From assembly GCA_023249615.1 (NCBI GenBank), contig JAHFCG010000003.1, positions 1-49,017 on the forward strand: a DNA stretch of 49,017 nucleotides, read 5' to 3'. The position numbers were made by a program, and so were the translations under genes. Below the pieces are notes generated by a model that worked only from the letters and a program-made list of their open reading frames with translations, had not been told where the DNA came from and searched no databases. How positions within the stretch are numbered: position 1 is the first letter of the stretch; the number at the start of each line of letters is the position of its first letter. The DNA comes from a candidate division FCPU426 bacterium (lineage in GTDB: Bacteria > Oederibacteriota > Muellerivitia > Muellerivitales > Muellerivitaceae). Positions 9,584 to 20,807 of this stretch are shown in pieces.

Positions 9584-9722
9584 CCGCGAATTTGCGAAAA
9601 GGCATTTAAATTTAGTCCTGAAAAATCCTTTTTTGACCGTTAAAAAAGAAAGAAAAATTAAATGATCCGATTGATGGAATTTTTTTATCATTCGCGAAAA
9701 TTCGCGTTGATTTGCGGGCTAA
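9581..9722. repeat. Degenerate CGCGAA-type inverted repeat; the right arm lies inside the next CDS
   Basis: tagccgcgaatttgcgaa ... ttcgcgaaaattcgcgttgatttgcgggcta. Confidence 0.5.
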
Positions 9723-10330
9723 TCGTTTTGTTGGTTTTGGCGGCTTCAGGTTGCGTGGACATTAATGACGCCCGGGTCCAGGTTCTGGCGCCTGGCCAGG
9801 TGGACCCTTACTCGAGAATCGGCCTGGATAAATGCCCCTCCCATGTTTATCCCCACCGTCTTATTTTGGGCCAAACAGGAAGTTCATCCCCCCTGGCCCA
9901 GGTGGGACCCCAGATGATCAACAACCAGCGTGATTTTGACAAGTATTGGGGTTATGTTACGGCGATTCCAAATGACAAGATTTCAACGGCTTCCCTTTCC
10001 CAGCAGCCCCTCGTCAACTGGGAACAGCAGATGGTTTATTTTATCGTGATCGCGACAAATAATACCTGCGAGAAGTCAAAACCCATGCCCGATGAAATGA
10101 CCACGGATTGTTATACCGTCACCATCCCTCTTTACCGTTATTTTGAGGGAACCGATTGCCAGCCACCCGGGTTCAATCTGGTTTTTATTTATCTATTTCC
10201 CAAAACCCCCCTGCCGGTTAACTTTGTTTGGTTTTATCCAACGCCAGTTCCCACACCGACACCCAAGCCGATACCCACACCTACTTTTACCCCCACTCCA
10301 ACCCCTTTACCCGAAAGCGAGGATGAGTGA
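9662..10330 (+). CDS. Lipoprotein with a Cys-rich domain (possibly PrcB C-terminal-like) and a C-terminal Pro/Thr tail
   Basis: Lipobox ASGC; INNQRDFDKYW..VNWEQQMV; PTPVPTPTP tail. Confidence 0.6.
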   Translation: MIRLMEFFYHSRKFALICGLIVLLVLAASGCVDINDARVQVLAPGQVDPYSRIGLDKCPSHVYPHRLILGQTGSSSPLAQVGPQMINNQRDFDKYWGYVTAIPNDKISTASLSQQPLVNWEQQMVYFIVIATNNTCEKSKPMPDEMTTDCYTVTIPLYRYFEGTDCQPPGFNLVFIYLFPKTPLPVNFVWFYPTPVPTPTPKPIPTPTFTPTPTPLPESEDE

Positions 10331-10791
10331 AAAAGCCCCGGCTGGTTCTCTGTTTATGTCTTGTCTTTTTTGGGTTTTCAACGGGCCAAGCGTCCGCCAA
10401 AAATGAATGGATAACCGTACCGGTTATTTTGGCCGACTATTATGGTTGGGCTTACACCGAAATTTTTCGGGACCACGCGGAAGTGTTCGGCTGGTCGACC
10501 GCGGGTGTGGATGGATTAGGGTGGGCCATTACCCTGGCGACCCGTGATTATGAGGGAAGGGTGACAGGTCTTTTTTTCGTGAACCTGGCGGGGATCGCCA
10601 AGACGGTTTATCCCGTTGTGACGTTATTGGGAGCCTCGGACCATGACACGGTGGAAAGGGCATGGATTGCCCTGGGAACCCACACCGCCACCCTGCTTTC
10701 ACTAGAGCTGTTAGGAAAACCCGCCTTAAGCGTTCAGGCCATGGGACCTCGGCGGGACGGGATTGGGCTCGCCTATGCCTTCAACTTCTAA
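10327..10791 (+). CDS. Hypothetical exported/membrane protein
   Basis: Signal peptide (ASA), hydrophobic segments, C-terminal GLAYAFNF; GTGA overlap with the upstream gene. Confidence 0.55.
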   Translation: MKKPRLVLCLCLVFFGFSTGQASAKNEWITVPVILADYYGWAYTEIFRDHAEVFGWSTAGVDGLGWAITLATRDYEGRVTGLFFVNLAGIAKTVYPVVTLLGASDHDTVERAWIALGTHTATLLSLELLGKPALSVQAMGPRRDGIGLAYAFNF

Positions 10792-10797
10792 AAAGAA

Positions 10798-10850
10798 AGT
10801 CGACAGTCCGCAGTCGACGGCTTAAGAATTTTGGATTGCCTGCCGACTGT
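10798..10850. repeat. Heptamer (AGTCGAC) repeat forming a hairpin between convergent genes
   Basis: AGTCGAC AGTCCGC AGTCGAC ... gcctgccgactg. Confidence 0.55.
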
Positions 10851-10854
10851 TTTT

Positions 10855-11757
10855 CTACTGGAAGCTGAAGGTCAAACCGACCGTATAACCCGTGAAATAA
10901 AGAATTGTCGGTTCGGTATTGTTGATGGCTTCGCCGAGGGAAGGGCTGTAGCTCGGACCGGTAGGCTGTATTTCCATTGACCTTTGAAATGATCCGCTCA
11001 GTGAGAAATCCTTTATAAAGGCCCAATTAAAACCGATTGAACTTGAGGGGATAACCACGGGGTTTTGGTTGTTGAGAGGCAGGGTGATGGTCTGGTTGGG
11101 GAGCTTAATTTTTAATTGAGAGGCGATTTCCGCGCTCGTTTGGCCGCTCAGGGAAAGGCTGAAAATATCAGAGGTCGCCCAAATAACTGAAAGTCCTCCG
11201 CCGAAGTTCCTGCTGTCCAATTGAAGCGAGGGCGCCTGACGGGAGGAAATCCCCCCGGTGAAATTAAGCCCAAGACTAATGTCATTAAAGAATTGGAAAC
11301 CAAGGTTAAGTCCTCCGCTCGTTGAGAAACTCGATTCCCCGGTTTGAACCGTCAGGGAAAGGGAAGGTGAGAAAATACCCAGGGCCACCCCGCCATCCAT
11401 CATAAGACTTCCATATTTGGCCTGGGATCCCTCCACCTTTTGCTGCCCTCCCATAAGTCCCAGGGAAATAAAATCACCGGATTCAGACAGGTCCCGGGTG
11501 ACCGTAAAGGAGAGGTCGTTCGCATTTTGTCCCCCGCCCTTATCACCGGGTGTTCCGGAGGAATTAAGGCCGATCATGAAGCTCCAATGGGGTTTAAAGG
11601 GTTTGGAGCCCTCGTCGTCCTGAGCATTTGATTTCAAATTTGAAACCTGGGCGGCGTTTGTCCCCCCGGAGGCGGGCGTGTTCTGGGCCCGGGAAATATT
11701 TGGAAACGCCACAATGAATAAAGCGGGAATTAAGAACCCCAAAATAACTGCTTTCAT
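10855..11757 (-). CDS. Putative outer-membrane beta-barrel protein
   Basis: Signal peptide, Gly/Ser-rich alternating strands, C-terminal VGLTFSFQ; RBS AAGGAGG. Confidence 0.7.
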   Translation of the reverse strand: MKAVILGFLIPALFIVAFPNISRAQNTPASGGTNAAQVSNLKSNAQDDEGSKPFKPHWSFMIGLNSSGTPGDKGGGQNANDLSFTVTRDLSESGDFISLGLMGGQQKVEGSQAKYGSLMMDGGVALGIFSPSLSLTVQTGESSFSTSGGLNLGFQFFNDISLGLNFTGGISSRQAPSLQLDSRNFGGGLSVIWATSDIFSLSLSGQTSAEIASQLKIKLPNQTITLPLNNQNPVVIPSSSIGFNWAFIKDFSLSGSFQRSMEIQPTGPSYSPSLGEAINNTEPTILYFTGYTVGLTFSFQ

Positions 11758-11833
11758 AAAACGCCTCCTTGTTTATTTAATATTGGACGGACGAAATCGG
11801 AAAAAAGTTGAGAAAAAACAGAAACGAACCGGG

Positions 11834-12559
11834 TTATTTTGGAGCGGAGGAAGGGTTATTTTCCTCCATTTTTAAAAAGGTATGGATCCCGCACTCCACC
11901 TTGCCCGTTCCGGACCAGCGGCCGGCCCTGGGGTCCTCACCCAGTTTGACGGGCCTGGTGCAGTTTTCCGGGGAACAACCGATGGAAAGGTAGCCCTTTT
12001 CCCAAAGGGGATGGTAGGGAAGATCGTATTTCTTCGCGTAATCCCAAAACATCCTGCTGGTCCAAGTCAAAAGGGGATTTACCTTCACAAGCTCGTTCCG
12101 GTAATTCTCCACAAACTGGGATGATTTTCGGGTGTCGGCCTGGTTTCGCCGGATACCCGTGATCCAGGCTTTATAGTTCTTGAGACCCTTTTCGAAAGGG
12201 GCGATTTTGTTGACCGCGCAACAGGCGTCGGGATCGCGCTCGTAAAGCCTTCCATTTTTCGCCAGGAACTCCGCGTTTGGAATTTCCGGTTTCAATTCCC
12301 GAACGTTTAATTTAAGACGCTTTACCAGGTTGTCGCGGTGTTCAAGGGTTTCCTTGAAATGAAAACCGGTATTGGTGAACAGGACCGTTAGGGAAGGATG
12401 AATTTGGGTGGCGAGGTGGAGCAGAACAGCGCTTTCAGCCCCAAAAGAGGTGGACATGGCCAGGTCCGGACTGAATTCCTTGACGGCCCAGCGGATGATG
12501 TCCTCGGCGGGTTTGGTTTCGAATTCCCGATTTAGTTTTTCGTAATCGTAGGTTTTCAT
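11834..12559 (-). CDS. cysH: Adenosine-5'-phosphosulfate/PAPS reductase
   Basis: STSFG, TGFHFKET, DACC, WITGIRR.Q, GYLSIGC, GRW, ECGIH. Confidence 0.93.
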   Translation of the reverse strand: MKTYDYEKLNREFETKPAEDIIRWAVKEFSPDLAMSTSFGAESAVLLHLATQIHPSLTVLFTNTGFHFKETLEHRDNLVKRLKLNVRELKPEIPNAEFLAKNGRLYERDPDACCAVNKIAPFEKGLKNYKAWITGIRRNQADTRKSSQFVENYRNELVKVNPLLTWTSRMFWDYAKKYDLPYHPLWEKGYLSIGCSPENCTRPVKLGEDPRAGRWSGTGKVECGIHTFLKMEENNPSSAPK

Positions 12560-12739
12560 GGCTTCCCTGCTTCTCGAAAAATCCCCAGGTTTTTTCCATC
12601 ATAAGGTGGCGGGGATTTAAAGACAAGGAAGGAGCCTGTAAACGCGGGGGATTAAAAGGGTTTTACCGTTGACGACGGGAATTTCCCATGGCAATCTCGA
12701 ACACTGATCGAGCGTTGGCGGCAAAATAAAAGGATCGCC

Positions 12740-13774
12740 TTGAGGCATTTACACCTTCCCACTTTCACCCTTTTAACCTTCACCCTTCTTGGGGTTCCGG
12801 TTCACGCCGGAGTCGCCCTCAAAGGCTCCGGGTCCACCCTGGCCGCGCCGCTTTTTTTAAAATTCACGTCGGAATACCAGGCGACCCACCCGGGCATGAG
12901 GTTGAAATACGAGGTAAAAAATCCCACGGACGCCATCAATCAATTTTTAGGCCGTGGGTCGGATTTCGCCGTAACCGATACCCCGTTCACCAGCGCCGAG
13001 GAAAAGAAAACCATCGGCCGAACCGTCTTTCATCTGCCCGTCGCCCTCCAGGCGGTAGTCATTACCTATAACCTTCCCGGGGTTCCGAGCGGCATTAAAT
13101 TAACCCCCGCCCTTCTTTCGAAAATATTCATCGGAACGATAAAAAAATGGAATGACCCGGGAATCAGGGAAATCAACAACGGGACCATCTTTCCCGACAT
13201 GGATATTCAGGTGATCCATCGGGAAGAGGAAAGCTCCATGCACGACCTTTTTCCGAGTTTTCTCGCGAGGCAGGACCCCAAATGGATCCTGAAACACGAA
13301 AAGGATAAGAATTTGAAATGGCCGGTTGGAAAGAACGTCAGGGGTAATGAAAAGGTGATGGAGAAACTCCGAAAATGGCCGGGCGTCATCGCGGCGGTTG
13401 ATTTTACCTACGGGACGCAAAATCACCTTCCGATGGCGGAGATTAAAAACGCGTCGGATCATTTTGCGGCGCCAACCCCCGCTTCCCTCGCGGCAGGGGC
13501 GGGAGATTGGGTAAATCTCCCTGAAAATTTCAACGTGAGCCTGGGGCGGTCCCGATCACCCGAGGCTTATCCCCTCTGCACCTTTTCATGGCTTTTGGTT
13601 TACGAGGATTCCTATCGCGCCACGCATAATCATGATCGAAGCAAGGCCCTGGTGGATTTTCTAAACTGGATATTTTCCGACGGGCAAAAGCTCGAGAGCG
13701 ACCTGTCTTTTGTGCCGTTGCCGGATTCTTTTTTGTCCCAGGTAATTGAAAAAGTCAAAAGCATTAGGTTCTAG
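12740..13774 (+). CDS. Divergent PstS-like periplasmic binding protein, with no pstCAB adjacent
   Basis: GSGSTL, DFAVTD, YNLPGV, IF.G.IKKWND, AYPL..FSWLLVY, FVPLP. Confidence 0.8.
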   Translation: MRHLHLPTFTLLTFTLLGVPVHAGVALKGSGSTLAAPLFLKFTSEYQATHPGMRLKYEVKNPTDAINQFLGRGSDFAVTDTPFTSAEEKKTIGRTVFHLPVALQAVVITYNLPGVPSGIKLTPALLSKIFIGTIKKWNDPGIREINNGTIFPDMDIQVIHREEESSMHDLFPSFLARQDPKWILKHEKDKNLKWPVGKNVRGNEKVMEKLRKWPGVIAAVDFTYGTQNHLPMAEIKNASDHFAAPTPASLAAGAGDWVNLPENFNVSLGRSRSPEAYPLCTFSWLLVYEDSYRATHNHDRSKALVDFLNWIFSDGQKLESDLSFVPLPDSFLSQVIEKVKSIRF

Positions 13775-14007
13775 TTTTTAGGCAAGCCTAATTGGTCCAC
13801 AATATTTTCGACAAGCCTGTTTTCCTTTTTGATTCAAAATCCCTTGTTGATAAAACCCCGGGGAATTTAAGGTGTCAGCTTAAACCGGCCCTAGTTTTTC
13901 AATGGTTTGGAAGCAACTTTAAAGAAATACAAGCCTCCGCCCGAATAAATTAGTAAAATATGGGGAAATCAATTCAAAATTCATAATTGCCGTTAAGGAG
14001 GTTACCC

Positions 14008-15543
<1,536 letters not shown>

Positions 15544-15552
15544 AATTGGATT

Positions 15553-15603
15553 GTAGGGGCGATCTTTACGATCGCCCTGGGCGAACACAAGGTTCGCCCG
15601 TAC
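15553..15603. repeat. GTAG-type REP-like double hairpin
   Basis: GTAGGGGCGATC-tttac-GATCGCCC t GGGCGAAC-acaag-GTTCGCCC GTAC. Confidence 0.8.
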
Positions 15604-15628
15604 CATTTAAAATATTCCTAGGATTCCG

Positions 15629-16738
15629 ATGGCAACAACAGCCCAAAACATCGAAAAAGACCTGACCGATCTTTGGAAATCCTCCCCCGAGGACAAGACC
15701 AAGAATCTTGGCCTCCAGAGGGTTTACACCACCAACCTTGTGGCCTACGCCGCCGATCATGAGGAAGGCTTCCGGGTTGAGCAGATCCTGAATGACCTGG
15801 CCGAAAAACACCCCGGCCGTTATATCCTCATCCGTCCCGCCGCGGATTCTACCGAAACCCCCCTGAGGCATTATGTTTCCGGCCATTGTTTCTTTGGGGG
15901 CAAGGAAAAGAAGGTCTGTTGCGATTTGATCAAGCTGGTGGCGCAAAGGGAGGTCATCGAGAATCTTTACGGGTTCACATTCTCCCTTCTTATGCCGGAC
16001 CTTCCGGTCGAATTTTGGTGGCCGGGGAACCTTCCTTATCAGAACGTTTTCTTCGACAAAATGGCGGGACAGGCCAACCGAGTTTGGGTGGATTCCTCCA
16101 AATTCAAGGATCCACTGCAATCCTTGGCGAGGTTATCGGCCTTTTGGCACAGCCGTTATCCCCATACCCTTTTAGGGGATTTGAACTGGATACGGATTCA
16201 GCGTTGGAGATCCCTCATCGCCGAGTTATTTGACGGCGAGTGGGCGAAACACCTGAAAGACGTGAACCGGATCAGCGTGGCTTTTGGGGAGGGTTCCCAG
16301 CCCACCCGCAGTTTTTTCCTTGCCTGTTGGCTGGCGGCTCAATTGGGTTGGGTTTACAAAGGCAACCGAATTTCCGAGTTTCCCGAAAAACTTGATTTTG
16401 AGGGGCCCAATGGCAAAGTCGAGGTGATTCTAAAACCGGTTCCGGTTAAGGACGCGAAAAGGGACCGGATCTTCGCCGTGGGTCTTACCACGGGGGGAGG
16501 GAATTCCGGCATGTTTACGGTGGTTCGGGATGAGGATCCCCATAGCGTGACGGCCCGCTCGGAGTTTAATCAAAAGGTTTCCTTTTCCCGCGTGGTTTCA
16601 TTTGAACATCTTCACTCCAACCAGCTTTTGGATGTCGGGTTAAAGCATCTGGAACCGGACGCTGTTTGGAGGAAAACCCTTCATTTGATGGGAACCGTCA
16701 TGGAGAAGCCGGATTTAACCCCCTTGGAACAAAAGTAA
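15629..16738 (+). CDS. opcA: Glucose-6-phosphate dehydrogenase assembly protein
   Basis: HPGRYI, LMPDLPVEFWWPG, DS, DLNW.R...WR, WLAAQLGW; directly after zwf. Confidence 0.9.
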   Translation: MATTAQNIEKDLTDLWKSSPEDKTKNLGLQRVYTTNLVAYAADHEEGFRVEQILNDLAEKHPGRYILIRPAADSTETPLRHYVSGHCFFGGKEKKVCCDLIKLVAQREVIENLYGFTFSLLMPDLPVEFWWPGNLPYQNVFFDKMAGQANRVWVDSSKFKDPLQSLARLSAFWHSRYPHTLLGDLNWIRIQRWRSLIAELFDGEWAKHLKDVNRISVAFGEGSQPTRSFFLACWLAAQLGWVYKGNRISEFPEKLDFEGPNGKVEVILKPVPVKDAKRDRIFAVGLTTGGGNSGMFTVVRDEDPHSVTARSEFNQKVSFSRVVSFEHLHSNQLLDVGLKHLEPDAVWRKTLHLMGTVMEKPDLTPLEQK

Positions 16739-16749
16739 CAAAAAATATT

Positions 16750-16846
16750 CACCACAAAGTACACGAAGGTCACGAAGTAAATCCTTTAATTTAAAGAATT
16801 TTAAACCTTCCCTCAAAACTTTGTGACTTTCATGTATTTTGTGGGG
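16750..16846. repeat. CACGAAG-type imperfect inverted repeat
   Basis: caccacaaagtacacgaaggtcacgaag ... ctttgtgactttcatgtattttgtgg. Confidence 0.7.
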
Positions 16847-16988
16847 AAAATGTTTCCCTGGGGTTGGCTTTAAGAAGGATTGGTTGTTAGAATTTGTTTA
16901 TCACGGTTGTCGCCGCGAAACTTTCGGTGTTTTTTGGGGCAAAAGACCGAAGGGTTTACACTTGCTCCCCTTGTCGAAGAGGGAAACC

Positions 16989-17846
16989 ATGAGCCCAGCG
17001 AAAAAGAAAAGTCCCGCAAAAAAACCGAAGGGTTCCGTTAAGAAAAAAAATCCGATTGTCCCAAAAAATAAAATAACCGGTTCCGGAAAACCAAAAGTTG
17101 TTTCCTTCAATCCCGAAATTAAAATTTACCCGACCCCCGCTTTGCTTTTCGAGGAAACAGCCCCTTTTATCATGAAGGCGGCGAGGGCGGCGGCGGACGC
17201 GAGAGGCCGTTTCGTGGTAGCCCTTTCGGGCGGAACCACCCCCAAGGGTCTATTCCAACAATTAACCGAGGAACCTTATCTTTCCCTCATGCCTTGGGAC
17301 AAAATGTTCGTGTTTTTTGTGGATGAACGCCACGTTCCTTTGACCGACCCCACGAGCAATTACCGCATGGCCCAGGAATTTCTTCTTTCCAAGGCCCCCA
17401 TCCCGAAAACCAATATCTTTCCCATGACCGATGGAAGCTTACCCGTGGAAAAAGCCGCGTCGCTTCATGAGATCAAACTGGGCAAGTTTTTTGGCGCTGG
17501 GGCGTTACCACGTTTTGACCTGAGCTTGATGGGAATGGGGGATGATGGCCACACCGCCAGCCTGTTCCCCGGCTTTCGGCAGGTGAACGAGCTGGACCGT
17601 TGGGTGGTTGGCTATTACGTTGATGAACCAAGAAAGGAAAGGGTTTCCCTTACTTTTCCAGTTCTGAACGCTTCACGGATTTTGTTGGTTCTGATGGAAG
17701 GCCAAAAGAAGGCAGAAAAGGTGAAAGAGGTTTTAGAAGGAGTTTCGGACCCTCCGCGTTTTCCCGTTCAGTATCTTCGCCCGACGGATGGCAAATTGAT
17801 CTTCGCGATGGACGCGGCGGCGGCATCCCTTCTCAAAAAGAAATAA
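16989..17846 (+). CDS. pgl: 6-phosphogluconolactonase with a Lys-rich N-terminal extension
   Basis: ALSGGTTP, DERHVP, SNY, GMGDDGHTASLFP; ATG at 16989 follows GAGGG. Confidence 0.93.
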   Translation: MSPAKKKSPAKKPKGSVKKKNPIVPKNKITGSGKPKVVSFNPEIKIYPTPALLFEETAPFIMKAARAAADARGRFVVALSGGTTPKGLFQQLTEEPYLSLMPWDKMFVFFVDERHVPLTDPTSNYRMAQEFLLSKAPIPKTNIFPMTDGSLPVEKAASLHEIKLGKFFGAGALPRFDLSLMGMGDDGHTASLFPGFRQVNELDRWVVGYYVDEPRKERVSLTFPVLNASRILLVLMEGQKKAEKVKEVLEGVSDPPRFPVQYLRPTDGKLIFAMDAAAASLLKKK

Positions 17847-17898
17847 AATTTTATTCCATTCAGCCGGATCGCGCCGGGAGCCCCTGACCTGAAAAAAT

Positions 17899-20076
17899 TT
17901 ATTTTACGCATCGGGCGGCGTCGGTGAAATTAAGAGGGGATTTTAAGGCCCGAAGGAAATTCCCCCGGGCAAGGTCATTTTTTTGGGTAAGGGAATATAA
18001 AAAACCCAATCGATAATAAAGGTTGGCGGAACGGTATCCGTTTTGAAGCCCTGTTTTCAGTGCCTGGATGGATTCGTCAAAAAACACTTCCTGGCCCCTT
18101 GCCAACGCAAGGTTTCCGCTTGGAATTTCCCAGGCCTCGTTTCCATAAGTGGCCTTAAAGGTTTTGGAAAGGGCCTCCCTGATTCGAAGATCGGCCATTT
18201 CCCCCCAATAAACCGAGGTTAAAAAAGGATCCCCTTCCAGGGACGAAAAAACCTCCGCCAGGTCCCTTTCCTTCGCGCCTATTGTTTCCTGGGGGCCCCA
18301 CCCCAGAACTTTTTTCCTAAATTGGTTCCATGCCAAATCCGCCTTTTTCCATCGGGTCAACAGTTGTTTGTCCCCTTCCGTGACGGGGGCCAACAAAAGC
18401 ATCAAACCGCCATCCGGCGGGGGAGCGTTTTTCGAGAGCCAAAAATTTTTGCTTCCGGGGAAAATTTTGGATAAAAAAGGCTGGTAATTAACGTTGGTTA
18501 TGACGGCCATCCACCGTGGCGGTTTGACCGGAAGCCCCGGCTCAGCGGCGGAATTCCCGGAATAGGCGGCCAGCCACAAACTTGAATCAGCCGGATTTTC
18601 AAAAAACTTGTCAAAAAGGATAAATGGTTCCTGGAGGATTTTCCTTTCCTCAAGAATTTGGTAAGCGCCTGCGAGTTCACGTGATTTCATGGCCAAGGGG
18701 GAAATTTCCGATACCGCCTTTTGGGTTGGACCTAAAAGGTGAAAAATATCCAAACTCATTGAAAATAAAAGCAAGCCGGCCACCAGACCGCGGGTTCCCG
18801 GGAAAGATTTATCCGCCGCCAAAAATTGAACCCCTCCCCCGACCATAAATAAAAGGAAGGGAAGTATTTGAACGATCCTGAAATACTCCAGGTTTCTGGT
18901 TAAAAAAACCGGCAGAAAACAAAGGAAAAAAACGGCAATAAAGAAATTCATGCGTGTTTTATTGGGTGAACGCCAAATTTGAATGGCGCCCAATTGGAAA
19001 AAGCTGACTAAAATCGGGTTGAGGAACCCGCCCCAATGCGGGCCATAGGCCATTACAGCGAGATGCCGCGGGGATCCCCAGAAAACGCCCGCAAAATAAT
19101 GGAAAACATTCAAAAGATAGGGTTTCCAAAGAAACCCGTTTTTAAATGTCCAAAGACTTTGGATATAACCGCCAAAGTGATGGGAATAGCCCATTTGGAG
19201 AAGGGGAAGGACCGAGAAAAAGGTCAAAAGGCAAAAAATCCAAAACCATTTCCGTTCTTGGCGTGTTTTCCAAAACAATACCACCGTTGCCACCCCGGCA
19301 ATAATCACCCAGGAAATGGTGATGTAAAAACCAATTCCCGTACCGGCGGCTAAAAAAACGAGCCTGGATTTTTTTCCGCCGTTTTCAAGGGTTTTGAGAA
19401 AAACGGATAATAAATAAAAAACCACCCACATCCAAAAAACAAGCAAGGGATATTGAAGGCTAAAACGGCCCTCCGCCATGGCCCAGAAATTAAAGGCCCA
19501 TAAAAAAGTAAATATTCCGGCGAAGGAGGTCCCAAACAAATTTCTTGTGGAAAAGAACACGAAGGGAAGGGTTAAAGAAGAAAAAACGGCCGGAACCAGC
19601 CAGAGAGTGAACAGTGACCCCCCCAAAAAATTAAAAGCTCCACCCAGGGCCAAAACATAAAAGGGGGGGACCTGGCTTACGAAATAGAAGGGTTGAATGA
19701 CCCCGGTTTTGGCGAATTCCAGGCTGAAATAAGAAAAAAGAGACTCGTCAACCATCGGCCATCCCGTGAAGGTCGTAAGCCTATAAAACCTTAAAAAAAC
19801 GGATAAAGGCAAAAGTAGGCCCCAAAAAAGAATGGGAATGGTGGAAATGGTTTCTGAAAAACGGAATGAATTTTCTTTAAAAGGCGTTCGACCCAAGAAA
19901 AAAGAGGCGATGGAAAAAGGAATAAAAAACCCCAACAAACCAATCCAAATCCGCGTTTCCGGCGGTTGGGGAAGGTAGGACAGAAGCCCATTGGAGGTAA
20001 CTAAAATGAAAAAACAAAGCCATGGGACCTTCAGGTTCCGGAGTTTATGGGAAAATTCGCGTGGAAAAGGGGTCAT
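17899..20076 (-). CDS. GT-C fold glycosyltransferase (GT39/ArnT/PMT-like) with a C-terminal TPR-like segment
   Basis: LRFYRL...P..DE catalytic-loop pattern, many TM helices, LYYRLGFLY...ALK tail. Confidence 0.7.
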   Translation of the reverse strand: MTPFPREFSHKLRNLKVPWLCFFILVTSNGLLSYLPQPPETRIWIGLLGFFIPFSIASFFLGRTPFKENSFRFSETISTIPILFWGLLLPLSVFLRFYRLTTFTGWPMVDESLFSYFSLEFAKTGVIQPFYFVSQVPPFYVLALGGAFNFLGGSLFTLWLVPAVFSSLTLPFVFFSTRNLFGTSFAGIFTFLWAFNFWAMAEGRFSLQYPLLVFWMWVVFYLLSVFLKTLENGGKKSRLVFLAAGTGIGFYITISWVIIAGVATVVLFWKTRQERKWFWIFCLLTFFSVLPLLQMGYSHHFGGYIQSLWTFKNGFLWKPYLLNVFHYFAGVFWGSPRHLAVMAYGPHWGGFLNPILVSFFQLGAIQIWRSPNKTRMNFFIAVFFLCFLPVFLTRNLEYFRIVQILPFLLFMVGGGVQFLAADKSFPGTRGLVAGLLLFSMSLDIFHLLGPTQKAVSEISPLAMKSRELAGAYQILEERKILQEPFILFDKFFENPADSSLWLAAYSGNSAAEPGLPVKPPRWMAVITNVNYQPFLSKIFPGSKNFWLSKNAPPPDGGLMLLLAPVTEGDKQLLTRWKKADLAWNQFRKKVLGWGPQETIGAKERDLAEVFSSLEGDPFLTSVYWGEMADLRIREALSKTFKATYGNEAWEIPSGNLALARGQEVFFDESIQALKTGLQNGYRSANLYYRLGFLYSLTQKNDLARGNFLRALKSPLNFTDAARCVK

Positions 20077-20164
20077 TGGCCTTCCAAAATTTTTATACGT
20101 CCAAAAAAATTGATTAAATCAGATCAAAACTCAACAGCAAGTGAAATTTTCCACCGGAAAAAAA

Positions 20165-20737
20165 TCACCAATGAATCCCCCCGAAGTTATAAACAAGGAA
20201 AAGGCCCTGACTAATTACGATAAAAAGAAGAAAAACCTGCGCGGAAGGCGCCAAGCCCCGGCGCCAAAGAATGGTGATGCAAACAAGAACAACCGCCCAT
20301 TCAATCGGGGCGACGATAGCCGCGTGGTATTTAGGGTTCCAATAGGAGAGGGGGCTGAAAAAACGCCAATCGCTGAACGGGAGAAAATGGCGATGGGCGT
20401 ATTCGGAATGAACGGGCAGATCCTCCAGACTGTGTAAAAAAACGCTCAGAGAAAAGAAAAGCCCGCTTTGAAACCTAACCAGGAAAAAAAAGAGGGCTAA
20501 TCCCAAAGCCAGGGGAATGGAGTGACCCCAATCCACCCACAATTGCCGGAAATGGTATTCATCAAGATACTTCGGGGTAATTCGAATATGGTTGTGGTTC
20601 AACAAGTAAAAGCCGAAGTAAAGAAACATGGGGAGGTCGGGGATGACGGCCCCTAAAATTACCGGCAAATAATAAGAAGGTTTTTCTTTTTGGCCCAGAA
20701 CAGCGCAATTGAGGATGGCGTGAGTAGTGGTAATCAT
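20165..20737 (-). CDS. Putative membrane-bound metal-dependent hydrolase (YdjM-like)
   Basis: TTTHA, GAVIPD, GHS, LH...D..VH motifs and TM segments. Confidence 0.6.
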   Translation of the reverse strand: MITTTHAILNCAVLGQKEKPSYYLPVILGAVIPDLPMFLYFGFYLLNHNHIRITPKYLDEYHFRQLWVDWGHSIPLALGLALFFFLVRFQSGLFFSLSVFLHSLEDLPVHSEYAHRHFLPFSDWRFFSPLSYWNPKYHAAIVAPIEWAVVLVCITILWRRGLAPSAQVFLLFIVISQGLFLVYNFGGIHW

Positions 20738-20807
20738 TCCGGTATTGTCCCACAGGAATAAATTTTAGGGAACGGGGACAAATAGGAGAGAGGTTAAACG
20801 AACTTTT

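Noticed and set aside
16839-16988. Extra 50 N-terminal residues of the pgl ORF
   Set aside because: It begins inside the inverted repeat; a better RBS and ATG exist at 16989
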